Below, one piece after another: positions 39,278 through 54,373 of a stretch of 64,000 nt of DNA. A program made the position numbers and the translations under genes. Each line of letters opens with the position of its first letter. Positions within the stretch are counted from its first letter, which is position 1. Under the pieces are notes generated by a model. It was not told the DNA's origin. It worked only from the letters and a program-made list of their open reading frames with translations, and searched no databases. Source of the stretch: Eledone cirrhosa (taxonomy: Eukaryota); the NCBI GenBank assembly GCA_964016885.1, contig OZ024742.1:136090001-136154000 (forward strand), in the 5' to 3' direction.

Positions 39278-39900
39278 AGTGATGGTGGTGGTGGTGGTTG
39301 TAGTGGTGGTGATTGTAGTGGTGGTGATTGTAGTGGTGGTGGTTGTAGCGGTGGTGGTTGTAGTGGTGTTGATTGTAGTGGTGTTGATTGTAGTGGTGGT
39401 GGATATAGTTTTGGTGGTTGTAGTGTACTGGTGAATGTGATGGTGGCTGTAGTGGTGGTGATTGTAGTGGTGGTGTCTGTAGTGGTAGTGGTTGTAGTAA
39501 TGGTGGTGAATGTGATGGTGGTTGTAGTGATGGTGGTTGTGGTGGTGGTGATTTTAGTGGTAGTGGTTGTAGTAATGGTGGTGAATGTGATGGTGGTTGT
39601 AGTGATAGTGGTTGTGGTGGTGGTGATTTTAGTGGTAGTGGTTGTAGTAATGGTGGTGAATGTGATGGTGGTTGTAGTGGTGGTGGTGAATGTGATGGTG
39701 GTTGTGCTGGTGGTGGTTGTAGTGGTGGTGGTAGTGATGGTGGTTGTAGTGGTGGTGGTTGTAGTGATGGTGGTTGTAGTGGTGGTGGTTGTAGTAGTGG
39801 GGATTGTAGTAGTGGTGGTGGTTGTAGTGGTGGTGGTTGTAGTGGTGGTTGTGGTGGTAGTGGTTGTAGTAGTGGCAGCTGTAGTGGTGGTGGTGATAAC
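39278..39900. repeat. GTG/GTA triplet repeat with a 75-bp higher-order unit
   Basis: gtgaatgtgatggtgg recurs at 39431, 39506, 39581 and 39656. Confidence 0.9.
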
Positions 39901-40095
39901 TGATGACGATGTTGGTAAAAATGGTGATGATTATGAAGCCGATAAGAGAAAGGATGCTCGTTGTGCTGTTGATGATGGTTGTAGTGATTGATGATGATGA
40001 TAAAGTAATAGTAATTGTGATGATAATTATGACATAGGTCATAGGGATGATGATGGAGCTGCCCCCCCCCCTCCCCCCTCCTCCTCCTCCTCATC

Positions 40096-40177
<82 letters not shown>

Positions 40178-40440
40178 CGGTGATTTTGTCAGGAAAACTA
40201 CTTTTCTTTGATGAAGACAAAAATATAACAACAGAAAGAAAGAACAAGTATGCAGACAACTATAATAATAGTTGATAACTATAGATAACTATCTGGTGCG
40301 ATGTAGAAAATGACGGCTAATTGTAGTATTTTATACCCTTTTGGGTACAAACCCAAGTTTTTTTTCTTGAAAAATTATCCGCAACTAACATAGATACTAA
40401 CTATCCTGGTATGCATATGTCTACATTTATATGTATGAGT

Positions 40441-40800
40441 ATGTAAATATATACACACAAACACACATACACTCACACAAGTCTAAATATATACACACAA
40501 ACACACATACACTCACACAAGTCTAAATATATTCACACAAACACACATACACTCACACAAGTCTAAATATATACACACAAACACACATACACTCACACAA
40601 GTCTAAATATATTCACACAAACACACATACACTCACACAAGTCTAAATATATTCACACAAACACACATACACTCACACAAGTCTAAATATATTCACACAA
40701 ATACACATACACTCACACAAGTTTAAATATATTCACACAAATACACATACACTCACACAAGTCTAAATATAGTCACACAAACATACATATAATCACACAT
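40441..40800. repeat. 40-bp minisatellite, about 9 copies
   Basis: Units of gtctaaatatat(a/t)cacacaaacacacatacactcacacaa. Confidence 0.95.
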
Positions 40801-40847
40801 ATATTCACACAAGTGATATAAACACACAAACACACATATACTCACAC

Positions 40848-41038
40848 AATAATTGTTTCTACTGTTGGCACAAGGCCAGCAATTACCCAGTGCATTACTG
40901 GTACTTTATTTTATCGACCCCGTAAGGATGAAAGGCAAAGTTAACCTCGGCGGGATTTGAACTCAGAATGGCTAGGGCCGTAACTCTATGCGTCAAAGCA
41001 TGGCGTCCGACCCTCTACCGATATTGCCAATCCACCAC
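40848..41038 (-). mobile_element. SINE family A, short-tail subfamily, full length
   Basis: Reverse complement is nearly identical to the 33783 and 15931 copies. Confidence 0.9.
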
Positions 41039-41569
41039 ACAATAATAATAGCAAATGTGTGTAACCAATTCGTTACACAACTATAACGAATCTTCGCACA
41101 CACAACTATAACGAATCTTAGAGCACTGGTATTCTATGGTTTCTCATCACCCCTTCCTTCCTCAATCATGACATAGATGTGTGTTATGTAATAATTATTT
41201 TGTCACATATGTATGTTTATGTATATGTGTAGATGTGTGTGTGTTTGTAATTTTTTTCTGTATGTATCTTTTAGTTTGAGTGTGTCACGGACAGATATAT
41301 GAATAAACACTGTATGGCAATTATTATAGGTGATTATTGAATTCATTTTAAAAAGTTCCTCTGGTGACGGAAGAAATTATCCACTTAGGATGTAGCGACT
41401 ATGTTTTCAAATTAAAAATTTTCCAATACACCGTAAGTCAAGCAAGTCATCTTTAAACAATAATAATTGTTTCTACTTTAGGCATATGATTTTTTATTGG
41501 CCACAAGGGCTCACTATATAGGGGACGATACAAGGACAAAAACTACATTATCATAAATAGATACTGCAA

Positions 41570-41705
41570 TAGAATGTCTTAGGAAAGAACTGCTGGACAG
41601 ATTTTACGGGAAAAACAAAACGGCAAGAGACCCAGGGGTAGACAACGAGCAACAAGGAGTGTTTGAGGATTCTGCCCTCACAGGATTAAGTGGCCGAGGA
41701 AGAGA
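41570..41705 (+). mobile_element. RTE LINE 3' end, internally deleted
   Basis: RMS*ERTAGQILREKQNGKRPRGRQRA plus tttgaggattctgccc...caggattaagtgg, matching the 3' UTR of 22328-22385. Confidence 0.65.
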
Positions 41706-41724
41706 ATAAATATATATATATATA

Positions 41725-41845
41725 ACCTGAGTTTTTCGAATATTAATAATAACATTCGATTCGTTTGCAATTTTGCAAACAAGCCTTAATTTTATAGCCA
41801 AGTCAGTAGAATGAACACTTCATTATTGCTCTTGTGTTGGCATTT
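41725..41845 (+). mobile_element. DNA-transposon terminal fragment (33.4-kb MITE family)
   Basis: acctgagtttttcgaatattaataataacattcgattcgtttgcaa. Confidence 0.6.
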
Positions 41846-42047
41846 AGTTTCTTCGATGTTTTTGGTATTGTGTGGCTTCGTCTATCTGCCGCAATTTTCA
41901 ATTTGTCAAGCTGTCTAAACGTATGTTATTACTCTAAGGCCTACTACCTTATTGAGTGCTTTGCTTATTATTCCTAATTGTAGGTCGTTAGCTTGGCCAT
42001 AGCCAAAGCTTCGATTTTACTAAGCTTCCACTTGTGTGTACATATAC

Positions 42048-42081
<34 letters not shown>

Positions 42082-43499
42082 TGTAATACATACAGATATC
42101 AATAGAAAACACTAAGTGGTGTCAGAAAGGACCAGTTCCCAAATTGTAGGAGACTGCAATTTAAGGTAATTCAATGGAAAACCAACACAAACCACGAATT
42201 ACTAAGTTGTCTCACGGGCATTGAAAGTACCCTCTTTCTGTTTCCTTCCACACGCTTAGAAAAGTATAATGAGATAGGCCTATTCAGCCTCGGCAGTCTC
42301 GCCGCTCTTACCCATCTATCATAAAACACACGAGAAGGTAAAATACCCTCTCTACGCTCACCTTACTCCTCGAGCGGAACTTGAATAAGTTGAAGAGGGC
42401 TTGGCCAGAGAGAAAGATTCTGATCCTCAATCCTAGTCGAATCTACCATACAGCTTCCTTCACCACAACTACCAGGCAGAGGAAGATTTACCAACAATAA
42501 TGATTTTTAACATAGATACAATAAACCTACTACATTTGAGGGAAAAGTATAACTGACTATAAAAACCCCATTATTCTACTGGTATGTTATTTTATTCGTC
42601 CTAGACTGGCCAATAGAACCTCACCATTGTTGCTCTATCGGATAGAAATAGTAACTAAATCTCCTCATGGTCACCATTTACAGTTCAAAGGAAAAAAAAC
42701 CATTGACACAGTAGTTGATCGTGGTCGAGCTGGAGTGCTTTGATAATATTGATAATAGGACAACTCGACGGAAGGTCACTCGCGACTAAACAACATCATC
42801 CTCAACATCATTAACAAAAAGAGTGTAATCTGAAACGTTGTTTCTACGGTGTATGTACATATTTATAAAGTCCAGACAAGTTGAGAAAACGACTATACGT
42901 TTGGCAGAGAGGTTTTAGCTCAATGCCAGTTGATAATCAGTAGGTATCAAGGGTGTAGAGCATTTGGAGCTAATCCAATATTTATGATGGTTATTAACAG
43001 AGCATATATATATATATATATACATACGAAAGCTGTTAATTGTACATTTAATTGACCAGCACATATTTCACCAGGCTACATAAGAACGTTCAGTGATTCT
43101 CCTTAAATCCATCTCATCAGGGTCTCTAAAACATATTTAAATTAACATTAACAAGATATTACCTTCGGTTGTGCATCTTAGTTGTCCATATCAGTCGGTG
43201 TAAGTATGTCATGATAACCTAGCGACGCCCTAAGGTTACTTGTCTACATGGACCAACATCAAAAATAGAATGGTTCAATCGACCTAAAGTGCATAAATCT
43301 CGTTGCATTTAGATTGATTGATTATTGCGATGAAGCTGATAATTCGCTCTGCAAGTTTCTCGCTTGTGTAAGTTGGTTAGGACGTTGTTTATTTCCTTGA
43401 TAAAATATATGTACGGAAACAAGAAACACGGAGTAACAAATAGGGGAATTATCAAATCAACATTGATAAAATGAGTACTAGCCGAATTACTGGGGCCAC

Positions 43500-43990
43500 T
43501 ATAAATAATTGAATAAATACCTTTTGCCCGATGTTGCAACATGGTCACCGTTCATAGAATTATGTTTATGTTAGGTTACACTACTGGTAATAAACAATCA
43601 ATAAATACAACCTGTTTTATAGTGGGGTCATTGAAACTAAGACAGTGTTATCACCAAGCTATTCAGATAATTGGCTTGCTAAAAACCGTTATATGGGCAA
43701 AAACAATACCTGTAAAAAGGGTGAAAGTATCAGACATTGAGTCTATTATTATCTAGCCATGTAACATGTATTTAGAAATTCGAGGCTAGTGTTTCTGTGA
43801 ATTATAAGACCACTGGCAAAGGACTACCCGTTAACTCTCAGAAAATCATGATTCTACGAGAAGGTTACTCTGTTATAAAACCCATTATCTTCGAGGAGAC
43901 AGATTTATTGGTACGGTGTGTCACTGGGCTCTTTGGATTTGATAATAAAGGTTATTGTAATAGGTATGTTTCAATGAAATTTTAGAAATT
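43500..43990 (+). pseudogene. Possible highly decayed Gypsy-type integrase relic
   Basis: TFCPMLQ, then FIVGSL...KTVIWAKTIPVK, loosely resembling CxxCQ...DIVGPL...TKWAEAIPL. Confidence 0.3.
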
Positions 43991-44876
43991 CGTGAATCAT
44001 TGAAGCGGGGGCTATGACCAAGTGTTTAAGTAGTATTTAGAATGATTATCTCTAACATTCTATGGGTGTTTAAGATTGTTAACCATCGTTTACCTTGTCA
44101 AACATGTAGTATTTGAGACAAAATGTTAACATACTGAATAAAATTAGATTTCGAACTACACACGAGGTGGTTAAGTGCACGTTAAAATAATCACTGATCA
44201 CTGCGTTGATATACAAGCTGTTCTCGAACATAATTACACACGCGCATTGCTGAGAGTTGTTTTCTAATCGCCAGGGATGGCCTTACTCGACCAACGAGTG
44301 GACAGCCATCAACATACATCAAAAGAAGACAATACAAAATAGCTGAAGAGATATTTACATTGCTATTATTTGCAATGTACACACACACATCAAAGATCAA
44401 TAAAACGCCAGAGTGAGAAAAAGGTGAATAGCAGAATATGTTTATTGATTAACTAAGTGATAGCGAATTAAAGCCACCCAATACACATGTATTCAGCCGA
44501 ATAGATACACACACACACACATACACATACATGCTGAACACACAAGCCGAAACCGCTTGGTGCCACGGTCGGGATTTTATATATATATACATATATATAT
44601 ATATACCTAAATCTATAAATACTATAAAGCATAAATACATAATTGATACATAAATATATAAATATATTGTTATAAACACGTTTGATTTTTTATAATATAA
44701 AATATATAGGTGGCAGAATAAGAGCATTGATATAGAAAAATGGCTTGAAGTTTTCAGTTATGTCCCTTTATATTTATGTTTCAAGTTTCAACAAGGCGCT
44801 TCCATATGAAAAAGATAAGTATGAATCATAGATACTGAGATGTGTTAGATAGAAACCTTCATTATTAATTGTATAA

Positions 44877-45580
44877 GGTCGGTGGATTGGCAGTATCAGT
44901 AGAGGGTCGGACGCCATGCTTTGCAGCAAAGAGTTACGGCCCTTTATGGTATGAGTTCAAATCTCGTCGAGGTTAACTTTGCCTTTCATCCTTACGGGGT
45001 CGATAAAATAAAGTACCAGTAATACACTGATATAATTGGTGGCCTTGTGCCAAAAATAGAAACAATTATTAATTGTATAATGTCTTTATAGTCCGTTTCC
45101 TCGTTAATTTAAAAATCAGTTTGGTTCGTTGATTCCCACATATTTTGTAACACATTTGTATGTGATTTTTATGGTATAAATGAACAGGCGGCCTGGTGGC
45201 AATAACAAAAACAAAGATCATCGCTGGATTGTCACAATCCTTAGAGCATCTAACAAAATCGTTTGCACTATTTGTTCAGACTCTTCAGGTTCTGGGTTCA
45301 ATTCCCATCGAAGTTAATTTATTTGGCTTTTCATTCTCTGGGGTGTCGATAAAATACTTTACCAGTTACACACTCTGGTCGGTGTAATCGACGTAAAATA
45401 TTGCCTCAATTAAAAACCATTAGTGAATTGGCTCATTTAGTAGAACGCCGGATAGAATGTTTTGAGTTATTAGTTCTGTCTTATTTAACCATGAGTTCAA
45501 GTACCACCGATGTCAACTTTGTCTTTTATCCTTTCTATATTGATAAAGTACCAGCACAGTATTGGGGTTCAATTCTACTA
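44877..45580 (+). mobile_element. Three SINE family A copies (44877-45070 short-tail; two older copies at ~45220 and ~45420)
   Basis: Repeated A box, B box and tttcatcc..gggtcgataaa cores. Confidence 0.75.
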
Positions 45581-45706
45581 CATATCTGTAAGGATTCAGA
45601 CGTATTCCGACCTAGAGAGGAATAGGCTTTACGGTGTTTAAATGTCCCAAGCCCTTTGGTATATGATAACAGTGTTCTTATGACTCCTTCATGAGTTATG
45701 GGCATG

Positions 45707-45761
<55 letters not shown>

Positions 45762-45819
45762 TGTATCACTGATTCTTGTAGTTTGCATTCGATCAACTAT
45801 TTACATAAACGACAAGTAT

Positions 45820-46345
45820 CTACTCGGTCGCTGACCATGTCAGAAATAGTAAATAAATATTCCTTAAATAACACCCTACTATCTTAAATACAAATACGTT
45901 TATCAAGTGAAGGGTCGAGGAATTGATGATCTATAACTTCAGGCCTGTACTTGAATGGGCAAAAAATTTTCCCTGGTATTTTATTGCCTTCTAATCAAAG
46001 GGGGTGATCGCTGTAAGTACTTTTGTCACCTTCCTACGACACGTTATATATACGTCTATAAAGTACGGCTGGTCATGGCTGGAATGTCTCTCGTCATAAG
46101 TCTAGAGAGCAGTGACAAAAGTAGATATCAGCCAATAAAGGAAGCCTATCTCTATGCGATCACTCGACTTGCTACAAATCGTAACCATATTTCATTCAAA
46201 TGATACTATTTTAACTGAATAAATGAATGGCACGTTGTATAATGTGTTCCCAGATCTATGTAGCAATAAGAAAGTTGATGGCTGGTCAAAACTAGAACGT
46301 ATTTGATCTTTGAACTACTTGATCTTGATTGACCTGGTGTTAAAC
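45820..46345 (+). mobile_element. Two tandem copies of a dispersed SINE-like 3' module
   Basis: cactcgacttgcta.aaat..taacc...ggtcatggctggaatg...gacctgg; related pieces at ~21310, ~42630, ~50330 and ~59950 (-). Confidence 0.5.
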
Positions 46346-48398
46346 GAAAACATTGCAACAGCCAACACCACCGCTACTGCTACTGCTGCAACTGCTGCTG
46401 TTATGGCTGCTGCTGCTGCTGGTGGTGCTACGACTGCTGCTGATGCTGTGACTGCTGCTTCTGTTGCCTCCAATGTTACCACAAGCACATTTTTCTATCA
46501 TCTTATCTCACCCAGACATCACTGTCTCCGCTAAAGATGGCACTATCACCACCACCACCACCACCACTAGTGCTACTACTACGACTACTACTACTACAAC
46601 TACTACCGCCACAACCACCAAAACCATCAACAAACCAACGTCATGAGCATTGTCAATCTCGTTCCCACAACTTTCTTCAAAACAAATCATCATTGTCATT
46701 ATTGTGTAAAGTCGATTTGAACCGTGACGACAAGCACTATCACCATTACGAAAACAACAAAAGCAATGTATTCTCCTGTGCAAAGTCAGACATTTTTAGT
46801 GGGAGGTAAGTAGTCATTTGACTTCTCTTCCTCCCATATTACTGGTACTTATTCTATCGACCGCGGTAGGGGTGGAGTAGAAAATGAGATTAAAAAGATT
46901 AATCTAAATATTTTACATTTTTATTGGTTTCTATCATTAGACATCTGTCATGTTAACGCTGAGCCCAGCAATTCATTTTCAAATCTTGTAATATTTTGTT
47001 ACTCACTATTTGTCGAACTGCTAAGTTACGAGAGCCATACAAACAGTAAACGTAAACTCACACACGCGTATACTACACTATAAGCAATTACATTTTCACT
47101 GTTTCTATCAGATCCATCTCTTCATTCACTTTACTTACCATAACAGCAAATAATAACAACAGTGACAACAAAAACGTAAGCAACAATCAAAAAGACAGCA
47201 ACAATAACAGATACAACAAATATATGTAAAAATTATAAAAGTAACAACAACAATTAAAAATTGAAATCAACATGAATAACAAGCAATAACAAGAAATGCT
47301 GAAATAACAATTATAACAACTGCAACACAAACAACAAGAAAAATATCATCATGAAAAACAATAGCTCTTCACTGCATATTTTCGTGCCATATCTTAAACA
47401 AAGTTTGCCACATAAAGCCGTATTCCACCTCGCTCGCTCTATGTTTCTATTTATGAACCATAAATACCTTTTACCCCCAAATTCTTCTTCTATCCCATCA
47501 CTATCCACTCTTTCTCTCCTTTCTCTATCTTTCGTTCCATTCTGCCCTTTTCCATCCTTTTTATCGTTATTGTACCGACCTCTGTATTTATGAATTAGTC
47601 TATTACACATTTACTTGTTTCAGTCATTAGATCCTGGCCTTCCTGGACCACTAGCTTCATAGGTTTAGTCGATCATATCAACCCCAGTACTCATTTACAA
47701 GTCTGTTACTGATTTTATCCATATCTGTTTGTCGAACTACTCGATTACAGGAGAGTAACAAACACAAGCGGACACCCAATACACACATACATGTGTGTGT
47801 AAAAACCTGTGTATGTGTATTTAGCGAAATATTTTCGTATATAACAGATGTTATACATATTTAATGTCTACCCAAATTCTCTCAAAAGCCATCACTTAGC
47901 CCGTGGCTATAGTAGAAGACATTATAAGACACTATATCTATGTTTATAGGTCGAGGACTCATAATCATCATGAGACGCCGTGTCGTTTACTCCTTTTCCT
48001 TACGCTAAGAAAATACATAATTCTTGCAATTGTGAATAGAGGAATGGAACCCTAGGTGAATACTTCTAAAATTTACTTCCGTTATTCTCTCTCCCTGCGA
48101 TGTGACCACGATACTGACATATTATTTTGCCCTTTCGATTGATATCAACTTGAAGGCAAGCAAAGAGGAACACAAGCAAAAAAGCGCTAGGTCTGTATTT
48201 TCTCACCGGCATTTTGTGTATTGTATGTCTGTCTGTTTCTCCTTGTAAAAATTGCTGCCAAATCGCCTTCAAATTACACTACTCTCTTTAAATGAAAGTG
48301 AGGGTAAAATAAATCACCCCCATGACTGCGAAAACAAAAACAGAAAGTGATTTTCAAGGAGAAATAATTGAATACAAAACGACACAATAAAACACCGT

Positions 48399-48449
<51 letters not shown>

Positions 48450-51209
48450 ATATATAATATATATATATTTGTAACTCCTTAAAATTCACGCAGACAAGCA
48501 CACACATGCACAATACATTTCCTAATTTTGCCATGTTGCGAAGATAAGCAGTTCGTTTTCCAATTACAAGGTCCTGGGTGATAATCCTATATTTGTCCAT
48601 GTAAATAGTTATTTCTCCAAAGTTACTCATACATTTAATCTTGGATGTCATTTGTATATATAAGCTAAACATTTATATAATTTATATCACAAAAATAAAT
48701 TAGGAAACTATCACTGTTATCTTTAATCTCTTCCGCGTGTCAGCCATTAACATAAACAATAGGGTTTCTCTTATACGAACCACGGATTCATCAAAAAGTA
48801 AATTTCTGGGGTTTTTTATTGTCATCCTGTTATATATGGCACACTAATTATGGACACAAAAAATGAAATACGTTCAACACTATTGCTGTCGTTATTGACG
48901 GCACTTGCACAAAAGTTTAAAAATATATAAGATAAAAGAAATATCAGACTGAAATTAATACTGGATAATGTATCCGAAATAGCTAGTTCGTCTGTGGAGT
49001 ATTGGCATCGGTGTAATTCCAGCATTAGAAATCATTATATTGTCCGTAGATCACGAGACTCTTACTCTATATGGCATGCGTTCAAACCCCATTTTCGGTG
49101 AAGAATGTGCGGGTACTTTACGATCTACCATCTATTCAAATTGCTTGCACCGTACCTAAGTCAATAGCGTGATACACTTTTAATCTCGAGGCCGTGCAAT
49201 CGATCCCCATTTTAGGTGAAGAATTTTTTTTCTTTTACGATATGACTTCAAATTCCACTTAAATGTATCTTTCATCTTTAGAGTGTCTATATAATAAAGT
49301 ATTAGTAAAGTACTGGAATCAATCTCCTCAACTAACCAATCTCTTCAAATTGCTGACTTAGAAAACATGTCGGTAGAGCACAAGACCTGGATTTCTGGGT
49401 TCAAACTCTACGTTGAGTGGTAAATTTTACATTTTATGGTCTAAATTCAAATCCCACCAAGTTCAACGTTGTTGCATTCTCTTGGATTGATAAAATAAAA
49501 CACTAGACTAGTAGTGTCCTGGACCTCCGTCGGTTCTAACGACAAGTATTTCAGTTGTTTCAATAACGGAATTGCCTTTTTGCAAAATTAAAGTGCCAGT
49601 GGCTGAGAATTCCACAAACTCCTTCACTCTTAACAAGACGCATCACACGGAATCCAACTCACGAGCTTACGATCATAAGCCGACCACCCTAACCATTAAA
49701 CCCCGCCCATTCATTGTTGTAGTGTAGCTGTTTTAATTCCTTGTTTCTTCTCCCAAAATGTGTGGCTTTGTGACTCTGTTACAAATCAATAATTATATAT
49801 CTTGTTATATCGGCGAGTGAAGCAAAATTGGAGAATGAGTCTAGAACCTCGTCACGTAGTCAGCAGGTAGTTGGTGTATTTAATAGCTGACGTACAGGCA
49901 AGACTAGAGGAGAGGGCACAGGTGGACCAAATGGTGGGTGCTCACAAACTTGTGGGACCCAATACACTTCAAATTTCAAATGTGTATATTGTTCTATTGC
50001 TTGTAATTAATTACATAGTATACAAGCATGTGTCTGTAGCCCATATACAGATCATATATATTTAACATTTATCACTTGCATACGTAATGCGCAATTTGAA
50101 AGTGGACCTATATTTTACTTTTGACGTAAGCATATTGCCAGCTTTGGAGGCCAATATTTTACATTTGATCTGGGTCTATTACAAGCTTTGCGAGGGTCTG
50201 CTGATTCACATATCTCTATGAAAGTCCAGAATATTGTCTCCACAGTATCCTATCATAAGAATCATTTACTGGCAGATGCACGTTTATTCATGTATTTCAC
50301 TTTACACCACTCATGAAACGAGGCCCTTTACGTTTGACCTGCTAAAATTAGCTCTTAAATCACCCATTACCATCTGATGAAACAAAGGAAATAATGTATT
50401 GGTTAATGTACAATGGGACACCTTAAACATGACAAATATATGGGTCGAAATTGACATGGCCGGAATGCCATTGAACTTTGCTAGTATAGAGGTGACGACA
50501 GTCTAAAATACCCACATATTCACGTACATTCCCACATATATATAAACTACGACAGTTTCCCATATATGCGTATGCCCATAGTATTGTGACAAAACGCACG
50601 CATTCTCGTCTATGGAACATCCAGGCTATGACAATGAAAAGGAGACAGATTTACCAGTACTGCGTTGTTATTTTCTTTATCGACCTTGAAAGGATGAAAT
50701 GCAAAGTGGACCGTGGTGGGATTTGAACACAGAGGTCAGAGTGTCGAGTGCTGGTCCTTAAACTAGAACATGCAATATTAAACATTAAATCAATATAGTT
50801 CAACCAGGACATACGTAACATGTATGTATGTACTATCTTTGCAACCATTTTACATGAAAATGATAGAGATTTATGTTATAAAGGTGGTGTTATTTACATT
50901 CATTTATTTATCTCAGACATGTATTGATATCATACATTCACCTGGTATCAATCACACACACACACACAAGAATAGTTTTGAGAAAAACACAATAATATCG
51001 ATCCTATTGACGAGCAATCGCTCGATGACAAATCAGTTGCAAAAAGTACCAGTCAGAGCGTACACATCAGTTAATATTGCCTAGGCAAGACCATCTCAAG
51101 GCCATGCAAAGGCATATATATATATATATATATATAAAGGCACATGAAAAGCGGAAAGACAAGCAGACAAGCAATCAACTTGCGGGAAGGTGGTAAAAAC
51201 CGATTTTTC

Positions 51210-51550
51210 TTAGGCCATAGTACTTAGAGCATTAACTTCCTCATCATGAGGTTGGGAGTTCGATTCCTGGACCGGGCGATGCGTTGTGTCCTTGAGTATG
51301 ATACATTATTTTATGTTGATTCAGTTCACCCACCAATAGAAATGAATTGTGGCGACCGCTGGTGCCAAACTGTATCGGGCTTTGTCTTTACCGTGGACGA
51401 CATTTGAGGTGTGGAGAGAGTACGTTGGTATGCAGGAGCAACTGCTGGTCGTCCACAAAACACCAGACCCAAGCTTGTGCCGCCGAGGGGAATTTTCTAG
51501 ATGCAAAACCCATTCTCATCGTGACCGAAGGGGGGGGGGGTCTTTACACT
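51210..51550 (+). mobile_element. tRNA-derived SINE family B with long tail
   Basis: gagttcgattcctggaccgggcgatgcgttgtgtccttgag; tail homologous to 14100-14290. Confidence 0.75.
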
Positions 51551-51743
51551 GTTTCATGCCCTTATGTATATCCGTACGCTATGACTTGCAAACAGGAGGG
51601 AAAATTATTCAATGCCAAAGTAGGGAATATTGTATATTTTTAATATATATATAAAAGATTACTTTCTGTTGCTCGTTTTCATTGAACACGAAACTCAGAA
51701 TAGCAACAGAGAATGATGCCTATAATAGTATTCTATCATATTA

Positions 51744-51766
51744 TCTATATATATATATAACTGAGG

Positions 51767-51831
<65 letters not shown>

Positions 51832-52272
51832 AGTTTGAATCCCTAAAACTCGAGAAGTACCCAACATATTTTTCTCAAACTTTACATGTGTATTACTTAT
51901 GTTTCAACTTTTTGATCCCCTAGAGATCCAGCATTAGGTGAAAAACTGCGTTTTTTTCAGCTTTTTATGGGTCTTTTGAGGCGTTACGTCAGACCGATTT
52001 CCTTGAATTTGTAACTATGTATTAGTCAGTCTCTTCTTCATACCGTGAGCAAAGAAAATCCAACTTTTTTTATGGCCTAGGGCCCACATTAGGTGAAAAC
52101 CTGCATTTTTCCTGCGTCATCGAGGAAAATATTAAAGATTATCCAGCCATCAGAGTATTCTGTTTATTTTCTTTACATATTGTCCAGGCATACAGTTTTT
52201 CCACGATTAGGTCTGTTGGCGGTCCGCGTTCCAAAATACCGTATCCCGTGCAACGCCGGGTACCACTGCTAG
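51744..52272 (+). mobile_element. Non-autonomous Helitron
   Basis: A|TCTATATAT...(GT)n 5' end; 3' hairpin cccgtgcaacgccggg followed by CTAG|T; termini like the 36983 element. Confidence 0.85.
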
Positions 52273-52769
52273 TATATAATATATATATATCAGAATAGAT
52301 TTTGGTTGGCAAAACCGATGGGGAGGTCTAACAATATACCTCGTACTCAAAATTCATTATACCTTTTAAATTTCCCATCCCATTAAAGTAAATACCAGTC
52401 TTGTATTACAAGAATCATTAGAATCTATATAACTTTACAGGGGATGTTTAAAAGACCAGCATATACATGGTTGGACGCAAAAGTTATTACGTAATCGCTA
52501 TAGATTCCTGTTCCTAGTCTCAACAGCCCTGAAATATAATGTGAATCTGAGGGTACATCGAAAAGAATATTTACGTACTCTGCACACACTAAAACATGTA
52601 TTTTTGTTCTTACGCGATTAAGGTCAGAAGGGGGAATCAGAAATATCAACCACGCATTAACCAACCTAGGGTCAGCAAAACTATTTGTAAATGGTTATTA
52701 TGGTCAGGGGTGATAGCGGCTGGATAACTGAGGAAAATATTTTATTTGTTTTTAAAGGAACTTTTGTAT

Positions 52770-52990
52770 GTACGTATGTATGTGTGAATATATATATATG
52801 TATGTGTATAAATATATGTATGTATATATATTTTTGTATGTATGTGTCTGTATATATATATATATGTATGTGAGTGTATGTGTGTATATATATATATATG
52901 TATGTATATATATATATATAATATATATATATATATATACGTACGTGTATGTATATATATATATAATATGTATATATATATACGTACGTG

Positions 52991-53041
<51 letters not shown>

Positions 53042-53047
53042 GTATGC

Positions 53048-53080
<33 letters not shown>

Positions 53081-53324
53081 CATATATATATATATATATG
53101 TATGAATATATATATGTGTACACTTACAAATATATATATATATGTATGTGTATACATATATATATATGTATGTTCATACATATATACATATATATGTATA
53201 AATATATATATATGTATGTTTATACATATGTGTGTGTATATATATATATATATGTATGTTTATATATACATGTATGTATATATATATATATGTATGTATA
53301 TATATATGTATGTATATATATATG

Positions 53325-53365
<41 letters not shown>

Positions 53366-54042
53366 ATATGTATATGTTTATATATATGTATGTATATATG
53401 TATATGTTTATACATATATATGTATATATATATATGTATATGTTTATACATATATATGTATGTATATATATATTGTCACAAGTGTAGTGTTTGTACCAGA
53501 GTATTCAGTAGGGGTTCTCCTACATGGATATAAAGTAGTGGTCGTACTCGAAAACGAGTTGGCAGCCACCATGTATATATATATATATGTATATGTTTAT
53601 ACATATATATGAATGAATGAATATATATATGAATGTATGAATATATATATATATATGTATGTTTATACATAGGCATGTTTATACATATATATATATGTAT
53701 GTTTATACACATATATATATGTCAATATATATATATATGTATGTGTATATATATAAATATATATAATAACTAGAATATGGCGTATGTCTTTCTGGCATGT
53801 CACCCATAATTTTGATTTAGATTAAATTCCTTTAATTTATCTTAATTTTGGATATAGATATATAAATATATATATATATATGTATGTGTGTATATATGTA
53901 TGTATGTGTGTATATATATATATGTATGTGTGTGTATATATATATATATATATGTATGTGTATATATATATATATATGTTTGTGTATACATATCTATGTA
54001 TGTGTATATATATATATGTTTGTGTATACATATATATGTATG

Positions 54043-54093
<51 letters not shown>

Positions 54094-54096
54094 ATT

Positions 54097-54131
<35 letters not shown>

Positions 54132-54336
54132 ATATTTTTATATATGTATGTATATATGTATGTGTATATATATGTATGTATATATGTATGTGTATATATA
54201 TGTATGTATATATGTATGTGTATATATATATGTATGTATATATATATGTGTGTATATATGTATGTATGTGTATATATATGTATGTGTATATATATGTATG
54301 TATATATATCTGTATGTATATATGTATGTGTATATG

Positions 54337-54373
<37 letters not shown>

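Noticed and set aside
39276-40259. 327-aa Pro/His/Ser-rich ORF
   Set aside because: Built entirely from triplet microsatellites; all frames give low-complexity ORFs
40441-40800. CRISPR-like regular array
   Set aside because: Contiguous tandem units with no unique spacers, in a eukaryotic context
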